Shown: piece by piece, positions 25,088-37,500 of the stretch
Layout: the number at the start of each line of letters is the position of its first letter
How positions within the stretch are numbered: position 1 is the stretch's first letter
DNA from: Eledone cirrhosa
Taxonomy: Eukaryota
Direction: 5' to 3'
Length of the DNA stretch: 64,000 nucleotides
Assembly (NCBI GenBank): GCA_964016885.1
Contig: OZ024743.1
Location: forward strand, 52,948,001 to 53,012,000
The notes under the pieces: generated by a model
The model's input: only the letters and a program-made list of their open reading frames with translations
Database searches by the model: none
What the model was told of the DNA's origin: nothing
Position numbers and translations under genes: made by a program

Positions 25088-27592
25088 CGCCTACGACAGT
25101 AAAGAAGAACAGATAGAGACATTTAATATAGAAGAGAACTGGGAGTTCCTAAAAAATAATTTACTAGAGGCGACGGACGAGGTCTGTGGCTGGAGTAAGA
25201 CCTCAAGCAGGAGGAGAGTGACTTGGTGGTGGAACAATAAGGTAGATGAAGCAGTCAAGGCCAAGAGACAGGCATGGAAAGAATGGAAGAACGGGGGGAG
25301 CAGGGTACATTACATAGAGACCAAGAGGGAAGCTAGGCGACAAGTATACTTAGCTAGGAGGGAAGCAGAGGATAGAAAATTCAAGCATGTTTTACAACGT
25401 GAGGACCAGAAACAGGAGGTATTCAAGATTGCGAGGCAGTGTGTCAGAGATAGTTGTGATGTCATTGGAGAGAAGTGTATCCGGAATGATAAAGGTGAGC
25501 TTGCCCTCACAAGTGCTGAGAAGAAAGATGCATGGAAGAGTCATTATGATAGATTACTAAATGAGGAGAATGCATGGGAAGAAGAGACCCTACCCCAAGT
25601 AGACCCTATAGAGGGACCAGCAGTACAAGTCAGCGGTAGCGTAGTAAGTAAGGCAATCAGAGATATGAAGATGGGGAAGGCAACCGGTCCATCGGGGATA
25701 GCTGCCGAGATGCTGAAGGCATCTGGGTCTGTAGGTCACACTATAACCACACGTATCGTTAACCAGGTAATACTAGAAGGGGCCATACCAAAAGATTGGT
25801 GCAGTAGCATCATTGTCAACTGCTACAAAGGTAAAGGCGATGCACTAGATAGAGGAAACTATAGAGGTATAAAGTTGATGGACCAGGTCATGAAAGTAAC
25901 AGAAAGAGTTATAGCACAGCTGATTAGGGACCGGGTGAAAATAGACGAGATGCAATTTGGGTTTGTACTAGGAAGAGGCACCACTGATGCCCTCTTCCTT
26001 GTGAGGCAATTACAGGAAAAGTACCTAGCTAAAAGTAAGCCACTCTACTTGGCATTTGTCGACCTTGAGAAAGCCTTTGACAGAGTTCCACGTGCGGTAA
26101 TCTGGTGGGCTCTTAGAAAACTAGGAGTAGATGAATGGCTTGTGAAAGCGGTACAAGCCATGTATAGGGGAGCAGTCAGCAAAGTTATGATTAGCAATGA
26201 GTATAGCGAGGAATTTAGCGTACAGGTTGGGGTCCACCAGGGCTCTGTTCTTAGCCCTCTCCTGTTCATCATAGTTCTGCAGGAAATAACGGAGGAGTTT
26301 AAGACCGGATGCCCATGGGAACTCCTGTATGCTGATGACCTCGCACTTATAGCTGAATCTATGGTAGAACTAGAGAATAAATTCCAAACCTGGAAGCAGG
26401 GACTAGAAAGAAAGGGTCTCAAAGTCAACATGACAAACACTAAGGTCCTTGTAAGTAGACAAGAAAACAGAACCCAGATCCCCTCAGGGAAATGGCCTTG
26501 CTCAGTATGTAGGAAAGGTGTAGGTAGGAACTCCATTCTCTGCCCCAAATGCAAACAATGGGTACACAAGAGATGTAGCGGGATCTCAGGAAGCTTAATT
26601 AAGAATGTAGGATTCACATGCAGCAGCTGTGCTGAAACAGCAAGCAGCAAACAGCCACAGGAAACAAGTACCACCAATCTCTGGGAGGGCCCTGTAGAAA
26701 CAGTAGACAGCTTCTGCTACCTAGGTGACCGAATTAGCAACGGAGGTGGGTGTTCAGAAAGTACAATAACTAGGGTAAGAACGGGATGGAAGAAATTTAG
26801 GGAACTACTACCACTGCTAGCTGCAAAAGGCTTCTCCCTCAGAATGAAAGGCAGACTGTATGATGCGTGTATCCGAACAGTGATGTTGCATGGTAGTGAG
26901 ACCTGGGCGCTGAAGGTGGAAGACTTACATAGATTAGAGAGAAACGAAGCCTGCATGCTCCGATGGATGTGTAACAGTAATATACGTGAACGACAAAGCA
27001 TAAATGAATTGAGAGAGAGACTGAGCATAAGAGGAATCAAATGCTGTGTGCAGGAGAGGCAGTTGCGCTGGTATGGACATGTGATGCGTATGAAGGATGA
27101 CAGCTGCATAAAAAGGTGCAGAGCACTAGAAGTTGATGGAAACCGCGGAGTGGGGAGACCCAAGATGACCTGGGATGAGGTGATAAAAGCCGACCTTACC
27201 CAACTACACCTCTCAAAGACAATGACACATGACCGTGACTTCTGGCGTCACGCAGTAATACAGAGTACCCGACCTGCCATGGGTACAAGCTGAAGCATAT
27301 AGACAATATGCCCCCACAACCCCCACCGCAAGGTCGTCGTGGAGGTGCCACGGCAAAAAAGCACCCAGCCCACACTGTAAAGTGGACGTGTAGGCGCCAC
27401 GAAAAAGCACCCAGCACTCACTGTAAATGAGGTTGGTGTTAGGAAGGGCATCCAGCTGTAGAAATCAAGCCAGATCAGTTCCTGTATGAGCAAGGCATGG
27501 TCAGCCGACCAGACACTGCACACAACAGGACAACCCGTCTAACCCATGCTAGCGTGGAAGAACGGACGTGTGATGATGATGATGATGATGAT
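25088..27592 (+). mobile_element. RTE-clade LINE, 5'-truncated, uninterrupted RT ORF (25218-27293) with PHD-like Cys/His insert, 3'UTR and (GAT)n tail
   Basis: RT motifs NYRGIKL, QFGF..GRGTTDA, FVDLEKAFD, GVHQGSVLSP, LLYADD, plus RWYGHVMR and GRPKMTW. Ends in (GAT)n. Confidence 0.95.
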
Positions 27593-27934
27593 TGTAGTAA
27601 TAGGTAGGTCAAAATCCAAGATAGTAACTCGAGTCGGTAGGAAGAGTTAGAATATAATTATTAAGGCTAGTTACTACATCACTGATATACCAGTTACATA
27701 TATTTCGTTGGTCCTGAGGACTAACTTGTTCAACTTGTGCTGATGAAAATGAACTGGAAAATGTTTATTCAAAGGGACGAAAAAGAAGAAAAGGAAGAGA
27801 GGAAATTCAAAACAAGGGAAGATAATCCGGATAGTCTAGGGGAGACAATTTGACCTAAAAAAACGAACAAATGCTAAAATGATAACTAATAATTATGAGG
27901 GGGCTAGAAAAAAAATCAAGATGTTAAGAAAGAT

Positions 27935-28575
27935 ATATGTGGTCTTGACTTCCTTATCCACCAATGCTTTCCACTTTATTCTGTAGGTCGCCCTGGGCCT
28001 GTCAGTTTTGTGGGCTTTTTTGGCTTTAGTTAGTCTCAAGTTGCAAATAACTAGATGGTGATCAGTTGACAGCTCAGCCCTTCTCTTAACACGAACATCC
28101 AGCACCGAAATAAAAGATCAGAGACAATAATAAAATCAATTATTGATCTCTGTCCCTGCATCCGCTTATACCATGTATATTTATGGATATCTCTGTGCTG
28201 GAAGAAGGTGTTTATAATAGAGAGACCATTGCTAGAACAGAAGTCTAATAAGGCCTCTCCATTTGTATTTAGATTGGGGTCGCCATTCCTTCCAATCACT
28301 CCTTTCCATGTCAGGTGGTCAGTGCCCCTTTGGAGTAACGTTACTCAATAGAGTACGTAGTTTGGAGATCAGGGAGTCACTCCAGGGAGAGCCGCTACTT
28401 CTCTGAATTGAGAGATTATAGCTCCGATACTATGGGCATGTGGTTAGAATATTGCAGAAATGAATTGCTGGACAGATGTTACAGGCAAAACCAACCGGCA
28501 GGAGATGCAGGGGTACACCCGAACAAGATGGTTGGGAAACTTCCATGAGCTTGGATGGTCTCACTAGAGGATCCA
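27935..28575. mobile_element. RTE-like fragments back to back: APE endonuclease (-) and C-terminal region (+)
   Basis: IGRNG..N.NGEALLDFC, INTFFQH, IDFI and STDHHLV on minus. LR.YGHV.R and KPTGRR.RG.P on plus. Confidence 0.75.
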
Positions 28576-28710
28576 GCTGGATACGGTTGCTTCTGATACA
28601 ATGGGACAATGTATCTAACCCACGATACCGTGGAAAATGGGCGTTAAATAGTGATAATTGTTTCTACCTTTGGCACAAATGGAAAATGGGCGTTAAATAG
28701 TGATAATGAT

Positions 28711-28817
<107 letters not shown>

Positions 28818-28905
28818 GGAGTGTAAGGTGGAGTTACTGCAGGTTCACCCAGGTTCACGTCAGTGGCGAGGTGTAGAGCTAGACAGAGTATGATATAATA
28901 ATACA

Positions 28906-29144
28906 AGGACGATTTGCTATGCCTTCATTACGTTTATTGGTTGGTGACGTGCGTTTTGATACTGAACAGCTCAAGGTTCGATCTGTATCGATCAAAAGCT
29001 CGTCGGACCTCTGTTGTAGTAATGACATTACTACAACAGAGGTCCGACGAGCTTTTGATCGATACAGATCGAACCTTGAGCTGATCAATAGCGAAAAGCG
29101 CGTCACCAACCAATAAACATAATGAAGACTCGACAAATCGTCCT
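28906..29144. repeat. ~115-bp-arm palindrome flanked by TA-rich sequence
   Basis: Centre ...GTAGTAATG A CATTACTAC..., arms near-perfect proximally. Confidence 0.85.
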
Positions 29145-29154
29145 ATATATATAT

Positions 29155-29368
29155 GATAACTAGAAATTGATTAACATATAAATAAACATGAATAATCACA
29201 GGAGATAATTTTTACAAGTGTGTAAGCACACATAGCTAGGTAGGTAACTAAATAAAGTTAACCAGAACTTCAAAAATAGATACCTTATAATATGATTAAT
29301 CTTCCCTGTAAAAATTATCTCCTGTGATTATTCATGTTTATTTATATGTTAATCAATTTCTAGTTATT
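29155..29368. repeat. Inverted repeat with ~60-bp arms and ~90-nt spacer
   Basis: ATAACTAGAAATTGATTAACATATAAATAAACATGAATAATCACAGGAGATAATTTT and its reverse complement. Confidence 0.85.
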
Positions 29369-29499
29369 ATAAAATGCTCGGACCTATTCGTTAGAATCTT
29401 AGAGCTTATTTTGCGGGTGATATGGCGCATGTCTTTCTGGCATGACACCCATAATTTTGATTATATTAATTTTGGATATATATATATATATATATAACA

Positions 29500-30271
29500 C
29501 ATCAGGGAATGTAGGATATGTAGGAAAGGAACTGGCATAAATTCCATAAAATATACGCAATGCAGATCTTGGGTACACAAGAGATCTAGTGGGATAGCAG
29601 GCAAACTAACAGGTAGGGAAAACTATGTATGCAGTAGATGTACAGGGAAAGTTGACAGTAGTAATCGATGTGATAGACACATTATTCCAATGCGGGTGGG
29701 TTCTATAGAAGTGGTTGATAGCTTCCGGTACACAGGTGATCAGATTAGCATGGGAGGGGGGGGGGGGTATTCAGAGGCCATAGTATCTAGAATAAGGATG
29801 GGTTGGAAGAAGTTTAGGGAGCTGCTCCCTCTGTTGACAAAGAAGGGTTTCTCCCTGCGTACGAAAGGACGGTTATATGACGCCTGTGTGAGGAGCGCGA
29901 TGCTGCATAGTAGTGAGACATGGGCAGCAATTGCAGAAGATATGCGACGGCTGGAGAGAAATGAAGCATAGATGAGTTGAGAAAGAAACTGGGTATAATA
30001 GGGATAAGTTGTGGTGTGCAGGAGAGAAGGCTGAGATGGTATGGACATGTGATGCGCATGGAGGATGACCGATGGGTGAAGAAGTGCCAGGAAGTCCTAG
30101 TAGAAGGAAGACGCAGTAGAGGTAGACCACGAAAAACATGGGCGGAGATAGTGAGAGGGGACCTCAGATCGCTGAAATTCACGGAGATGACGAAGGGCCA
30201 TGACGAGTGGAGAGATGCTGTGCTGAATAGGACCCGCGCCACCCTTGCAAGCAAGGAAAAACGGACGTAAA

Positions 30272-30312
<41 letters not shown>
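29500..30312 (+). mobile_element. RTE 3' fragment (related subfamily) with (GAT)n tail
   Basis: ORFs 29690-29971 and 29977-30270, ending in (GAT)n. Confidence 0.9.
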
Positions 30313-30693
30313 ATAGCGCACACACATATGTGTGTATGTGTGTGTGTGTAATAGATAACACACACATACACACTCTATCTCTCTCACACACACATACATA
30401 TACAGACACTCACACACACACATATCAATATAATTAAATGTTAAATATAATATAAGACCTACTGGAATTTGATGTTATCCTCGTATTTGTAGAAAGACTT
30501 TCACGTCTTCCTATGGTTGATAAACACTTTTTTTTTCAGTACTGTGAGTTACCTCTGTCTATTATTCGATCAACAGGACCTATGTATAGATGTCTTTACA
30601 CATATATATACTTCTATATACATGAATATGTTTATAATATATACATTGATGACAACCGTATAGCTTTACGATAATGTTTGCCGAAAATTGACT

Positions 30694-30707
30694 GTAACCG
30701 TGACAAC
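30694..30707. promoter_or_regulatory. RFX X-box motif, candidate DRC2 promoter
   Basis: GTAACCGTGACAAC resembles the X-box (GTNRCC-N0-3-RGYAAC). It lies in non-repetitive sequence upstream of DRC2, with a minus-strand donor GAG|GTAACT at 30553/30552. Confidence 0.55.
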
Positions 30708-31259
30708 AAGTCGATGACAGAGTTGTCTCTCTTTGTTTTGACGTTCATTAGATACTTATTAATTATTTATTAATTACCCGAGGTTAACTGTGCCTTTCAT
30801 CCTTACGGGGTCGATAAAATAAAGTACCAGTAATGTACTGGGTAATTGCTGGCCTTGTGCCAATAGTAGAAACAATTAATTACTTTTTCCTTTAAATTTT
30901 TTTTTTTATATTAAGGGCGATAATTTTTATTTCGTTATCTGTTATAAACATATTGTCAACTATATTTTACAGAAGTTATACAATGGTGGACATATAAAAA
31001 TAAAAAGATAAAGACATAATTAAGTAATGAAAAAAGGGGGAGGGGTAAAGAAGGGCAGATATGGGTGTATAAGAAAGTTTAAAAAAAGAACTATAAATAC
31101 GATGAGAAGAAAAGCAGGGAAAGAGTAAGGACTAGGTAACGGAAGAAAGGAGGGAAGGTGACAGACTCTGAGTCAGGACTCTGTCTCGGATATATCTTCA
31201 CTAAATCATTTATTGACAATCAACGTCAGTAGTCAGGTGTATTACATCTCACCGTCCAC

Positions 31260-31610
31260 CACCTCTTTTTCTCCTCCCCTTTCTTTCTCCTCCCTCCTCT
31301 CTCTTTCTCGCCCCTCTCTCTTTTTCTCTTCCTCTCTCTTTATTCCCTCCTCTCTCTTTCTCTTCCCTCGCTCTCTTTCTCCCCCTCTCTCTTTCTCGCC
31401 CCTCTCTCTTTTTCTCTTCCTCTCTCTTTATCCCCCTCTCTCTTTCTCCTCCCCTCTCTCTTTATTCCCTCCTCTCTCTTTCTCTTCCCTCGCTCTCTTT
31501 CTCCCCCTCTCTCTTTCTCTCCCTCTCTCTCCCCCATCTCTCTTTCTCCCCCTATCTCCCCCTCTCTCTTTCTCACCCATTCTTATTCTCCCCATCTTTC
31601 TTTCTCCCAC
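31260..31610. repeat. Polypyrimidine/polypurine (CT-rich) low-complexity tract
   Basis: About 350 nt of almost pure C/T on the + strand. Confidence 0.9.
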
Positions 31611-32939
31611 GCTTTCATTCTGTCTCTTCACACGCATTAAGAAATGCAAGATATAAAATTATACAATCACACTATAGTAAATATATATATGTCACACCTT
31701 TGTAATAAATTGATGGAATGGACCTCCACCGGTGTCAATGATGAGTGCACCAGTTGTTCGATCAACAGAACAGACTTATGTATGACAAGGCTGAGTATTC
31801 CACACACACGTGTACCCTTGATCTAATTCTCAGGGAGATTCAGTGTGACATAGTGTATGACAAGGCTGAGTATTCCACAGACACGTGTACCCTTAATTTA
31901 ATTCTCAGGGAGATTCAGTATTACATAGTGTGTGACAAAGCTGGTCATTTGTAGGTAGAGTCCAATGATGGGGTTTCAAGCAGCTTCCGAGGAGGAATTT
32001 TCGTAGAAAAAGCTAAACGATGTTTCAATTCATCAACAATAGAAGCAGCTTTGACACAGATAGGCGATGTTATTTGCCACTAAAGGATTTAATTTAAAAA
32101 ATCGGAGAGTTCACAATATTTAATTGAGGAAACATTTAAAAGTCTTCCTGATTTAAATTTTGCCTAAGATCCGTGGCAAATACAAAAGTATCCGAGCTCT
32201 AGATTGCTGGAAAACAACCTAGGATGACTTTGCGGACTGGAAAACTCGCCAATATCTCCCACGGACTACTTGTTTAAGTGTCAGCCTACATCAGTGTTTA
32301 GCGTCAATGCTCAGTAAAATACTAATTAAAGCCGCTTATATTTTCTCTCCTGAGAACGTGAAATTTTATATAGTAGCAATGTATATGTAAATAGTTTTGA
32401 TGTCATTTGATAGTTTTTTAATGGATAATAGAGATCTTGAGTTAAAATCTATATCTTTAGGTCTATAAAAGGTATAAACTATTTTTTAAGATCTAAACAC
32501 TAAAAATTTTAAGCTCTAAAAAATTGCCCTAGTAGACTTACAGATTTACTGGTAACATATAGGCAGACGTCAAAACAGAATTTATCTCCCTTGGCAATAG
32601 TATGGAGGTTAATTTCCCTTTGACTTGAAAAAAAAAAGTTATATAGGGGAGATAACCTAGATATGACTTATTTTTTTATCCAAGCTTATCCAGGTTCCAA
32701 TGAGGCAAAATACAAAAAGGCAGATTGAATCTCCCTGCGAATTACGTGTGTTGTACACCTGCTTGGTAAATACACAATCTCCGACAAGTTAATTTCATGA
32801 GCTGTTTCGTTAACAGAACAACTGGAAAATATGCATAACTTATAGTTTTGGTTATAATTTATAAATTCACCAAAATATACGATCAAAGCGAGAGACAGAA
32901 AAAAAGGGAAACAAAATCAAAAACGACCATCAATTTACC

Positions 32940-34210
32940 ACCAAATGTGACAATCGGTCACACATCACAAGGATCAACGGACATTTTTGAGGTAAGCCAA
33001 CACTCTCACAGCAATACTGCGAGCAGTGCCGGATTCATCATTGTGCTTACGTGTACAGGGCTCCGTTGACCAGGGGAGGGGAGATTTCCTGCCAAAAATA
33101 TCTTTACCTCCTTCAGGGCTCAAGTAAGGGGCCTCATAATTCAACTAGCACAGGGCCTCATTTGTCTTAAATCCGGCACTGACCACAGGTAATGGCGAGG
33201 CTAAGGCGCTGAAACAACCAGGCACCCTCACGGGCATCACTTGACATCTCGAGCTGCCAACGATGAGAAGAACTTCGCTGTCAGCGGCCCAACTCCACCA
33301 AACATCTTGAACGACACAGGCTGGAAAAAATAATTGTTTGATATTTCCCGGTGTGTTCGGATTTTATTCCGTTCAGCAATGGAAGCAGTGACCTCCACAT
33401 TTACTTTGGCACCCATGATGTGGGAGGGAGCAAAAGAGTCACTGACTGTGGTGTCCCAGATGAGACACATGCCTCTAGCCCAGGAAGAGAGATAAAGGAT
33501 GTCTGGTTTCTTCCCATCAATTCTTGATAATCCAGCCGGCTCCAGAACTGAGGGGATATTTACCTCAGCCAGGGCCCATTTAATGATCAGGTTTAACTCT
33601 GTGTGGTGGGCAAAACAACCAGCATTCAGGCGGCAGGACAAACCATGGAGGCCTGTGGAGTCGAGGGACCTACCACAGTGATATCTCAGACCCCCACAGA
33701 CATCAGCTCCCACTCAGAGTGCAATGGAGATGCAGAGCTCGTCCTAACTGAGAAGACCACCAATGTTGGCCACAGGCAGGACATCAATTCAGTTCCTCGA
33801 GAACTTTGTGCTTGCAGAAAGTAAGTGGCACCTAGAAAATTAATCAGAATGATTAAAGAGAGAGTTAAGATTCCATCGGATGCAGATTGCCCCCCCCCCT
33901 CCTCCCGTCTATCCTCATCAATGACGGGAGCTGACAAACCCAGCTCTCTCCACTAGTAAAGCTTCATCCATCTTCTTCCTGGTGGAACTAGTCCATGTTG
34001 AAAAGAAGAGGATGTAACCCACTAAAGGGGAGTAAGTGTGGATGGAAGAAAGAAAACAAGTTAGAGAGAAAGACGAGTACTGACCAGGCTCTCGAGCTCA
34101 CTGAATATTAAGTCGTCAAAGTGTTATAGAGGACGAGAATCTGTAAGAGGGACTCTGAGAAAATACAACTTAGGAATCGACAACTAATTCCTAAGTTTAA
34201 AAAATCCTTG
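32940..34210 (-). mobile_element. CRE-like non-LTR retrotransposon relic (zinc knuckle and restriction-like endonuclease), with further 3' pieces at about 34430-34560 and 36170-36340
   Basis: ORF 33237-33713: CG..LD..GLHGLSC, HHTELN.II, LEP.GL.R.DGKKPD, W.RG..LIWD.TV.D, AE..K, F.PV. Confidence 0.8.
33024..33181. mobile_element. hAT-like MITE nested in the CRE relic
   Basis: TIR CAGTGCCGGATT/AATCCGGCACTG. Flanks ACTGCGAG and ACCACAGG are consistent with a decayed 8-bp TSD of ACCGCGAG, seen in the empty copy near 36217. Confidence 0.7.
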
Positions 34211-34893
34211 GTGAGGCTCAATGGCCTCGAGGTTTTTTAAAAGTTGCTTGATCGAAAGATGGACTTGAAGTGTTTGTCTGTAATTTAGGCTCCAAGAGAG
34301 CACCACGTTGACCAGGAAGGAACCACGATAGAGGGGAAGGACTCTGTAGAGAGGTCAACATTCTGCTGATGTGAAGCTGCGTGGTTGTGGGACCAGACCT
34401 TGTATTTGGAACTGTTGACATGAAGGCCCCTGCAGTAATGCTGCCAGCGTGTTGGCTTGCCTCAAACATTTCCGTTAACCCTTGTGGTGTGTGGTCGATT
34501 GTCGCACTTGGTGGCTTGGTGGTGAATTGATGGTCGTTTTTGTTTGTTTCTGATCGTATATGTTAGTGTGTTGTATTTGTGAGGTTCCTAGCAATAATTG
34601 TTTCTACTTTTTGGCACAAGGCCAGCAATTATGCCAGTGTATTACTGGTACTTTATTTTATCGACCCGGTAAGGATGAAAGGCAAAGTTATCCTGGGCGG
34701 GATTTGAACTCAGACCATAAAGGGCCGTAACTCTTTGCTGCAAAGCATGGCATCCGACCCTCTACCGATACTGCCAATCCACCGCCCTTAATTATTCCTA
34801 GCAATAATTAATTGCATTTATTATTTTCATTCGGAAAGTATCGTGAACAATTTATGATATTATTTATACAACTGTGAATAAAAAAAATTATCA

Positions 34894-35195
34894 TCTATAT
34901 ATATAAAACTGAGGATGTCTGTCTGTGTGTGTGTGAGTTCGAATCCCTAAAACTCGAGAACCACCAAACCGATTGTTTTCAAACTTTACACATGTAATAC
35001 TTATGTTTCAGAGAGTGTTCTGACCAAAAACAATTTCGAATTTTCAAAGCACTAGGGACCGCATTAGGCGATTTAGTGATCTCGCTCTATAATTCTTAGT
35101 CTTTCTCTTTTTAGATAGATACATACATATAACGTCGCGCCCTTATAATATCTGTCTGTATGTCTGCCTGTCTGCATTACGTCACTTCTCTGAGG

Positions 35196-35288
<93 letters not shown>

Positions 35289-35895
35289 TGTCTGTGAGTT
35301 TGAATCCCTAAAACTCGAGAAGTACCCAACCGATTTTTTTCAAACTTTATATGTGTATTACTTATGTTTCAGGGAGTTTTACGCACATAAAAAATTCAAC
35401 TTTTTTTTATCTCCTAGGGCCCGCATTGGGTGAAAAACTGCGTGTTTAAAGATTTTTAGGGGTTTTTTGAGGCGTTACGTCAGACCGATTTCCTTGAAAT
35501 TGTAACTATGTATTAGTCAATCTCTTCTTCATACCGTAAGCAAAGAAAATCCAGCTTTCTTTTGGCCCAGGGCCCGCATTAGGTGAAAAACTTAATTTGT
35601 TCAGTTTCTTAGGGCTTTTTGAAGGCATTACGTCTAGCCGATTTTCCCGAAATTTCAAGGCATATTATGCACATAAAAAATATTCATTTTCTTGATCCCC
35701 CAGGGCCCGCATTATGTGAAAACCTGCATTTTTCCTGCTTCATCGAGGAAAATCTTAAAGATTATCCAGCCATCAGAGTATTCGGTTTATTTTCTTTACA
35801 TATTGTCCAGGTATGCAGTTTTTCCACGATTAGGTCTGTTGATGGCCCGCGTTCCAAAATACATTATCCCGTTCAACGCCGGGTACCACTGCTAG
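34894..35895 (+). mobile_element. Non-autonomous Helitron
   Basis: A|TCTATATATATAAA 5' end, subterminal hairpin CCCG-ttcaacgc-CGGG, CTAG|T 3' end, internal direct repeats and (GT)n. Confidence 0.75.
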
Positions 35896-36609
35896 TTATC
35901 TATAAATTTAAACTCCACTCACACACACAGACAGTAAACCTTATGTGCAAGTATGTATGTGTATATATACAAGCAGACATACCTACACATACACACATGC
36001 GCACACACACATATACCCCAATTCACTTTCTCCCTCTCCCCCCTTCCCCACAAATATATGGTATCAAAATAGAATTTATATCAGATAGAAATACATATAA
36101 TCAATCATTGCCAGGGACCTTATAAATACAATACAAAAATATACACTCACTCAATCGGTCTCACATCACAAGAGTCATCGGAACCTTTTGAGACAAGCCA
36201 ACACGCTCACATCATTACCGCGAGTGATGGCGAGGCTAAGTGGCTGAAACAGCCAAGTACCCTCACTGGCATCACCTGGCACCTCAGAAAGGTGAGCCGC
36301 TAATGATAAAAGGAATTTCGCTGTCAGCGGCCCAGCTTCCACACACATATACTAGAATAGGTATTTAAATTACTACGGTACTTAAAACATTAAAACATAA
36401 ACTGAATGAGCACTCAATACGTATCAGTAAAGTGTAAATTTTATTTTTTGAGTAGAGAAGTGAAAGTGACTTCGAAGTTTCAACAATACTAACCCCTCTT
36501 TCACCTTCATCAGGGTCAATTAGTTCGGGTCATGCTCTATTTTCGGTCACCAGTCATTAGGAGTAAATAACCCGTTTGGTCACGTCTCATTGTAAAGTAA
36601 ACTTAAGGA

Positions 36610-37390
36610 CACACACGTACACATACGGACTGGTATACACACAGTCACACACACACACACACACACACTCACACACGCCACACACACACATCGCTTGACA
36701 CACAAGTCCACCTACTAACACGCCCACACATTGGCAATATACACACACTCCCACATAGACCGAACAACACGTAGACACACACACAACACAAGTAGGTTGT
36801 CATCGCACCATCACGGACAGACCTACATACACTCACCCCAGACATATGTTTGGGGGACACACACACACACTCACACACACAGACACACTCACACACACAC
36901 ACACACAGACAGACACACACACACACACTCACACTCACACACAGACACACACACGCACACTGACACACAGACAGACACACACACACACACACACTGACAC
37001 ACAGACACACAAACACACACACACGCACACTGACACACAGACAGACACACACACACACACACACTCACACACAGACACACACACACAAACACACACACAC
37101 GCACACTGACACACAGACAGACACACACACAGACAGACACACACACTCACACATACACACACAAACACACACACACTCACCTGTTTGTAGCAGCTATATT
37201 TACAAGTCCTTCCATCACACAGACACACAAACACACACATACACACATACAAACATACACACACACACTCACACACACACTCACACACACATACCCCCCC
37301 CCCCCCCTACACACAGAGACCCCCCCTGCACACACACACACATAGACATCCCCCCACACACATAGGCATCCCCCACACAGAATCCCCACA
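36610..37390. repeat. Degenerate (CA)n microsatellite (similar tracts at 41095-41480 and 41955-42190)
   Basis: Seen directly in the sequence. Confidence 0.95.
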
Positions 37391-37500
37391 CACATATCTG
37401 TTGTCCTAATAATTTCTACGTGACACCCCGCGACCACCATTCCTCACACTCTCTAAATTCCTCTCAATTAACAAACCATATTTCCTTTCTGACCAACCTC

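Noticed and set aside
27700-27790. CTGAGGA/CTGATGA...GAAA words
   Set aside because: No supporting stems I-III, so chance matches or too decayed to call.
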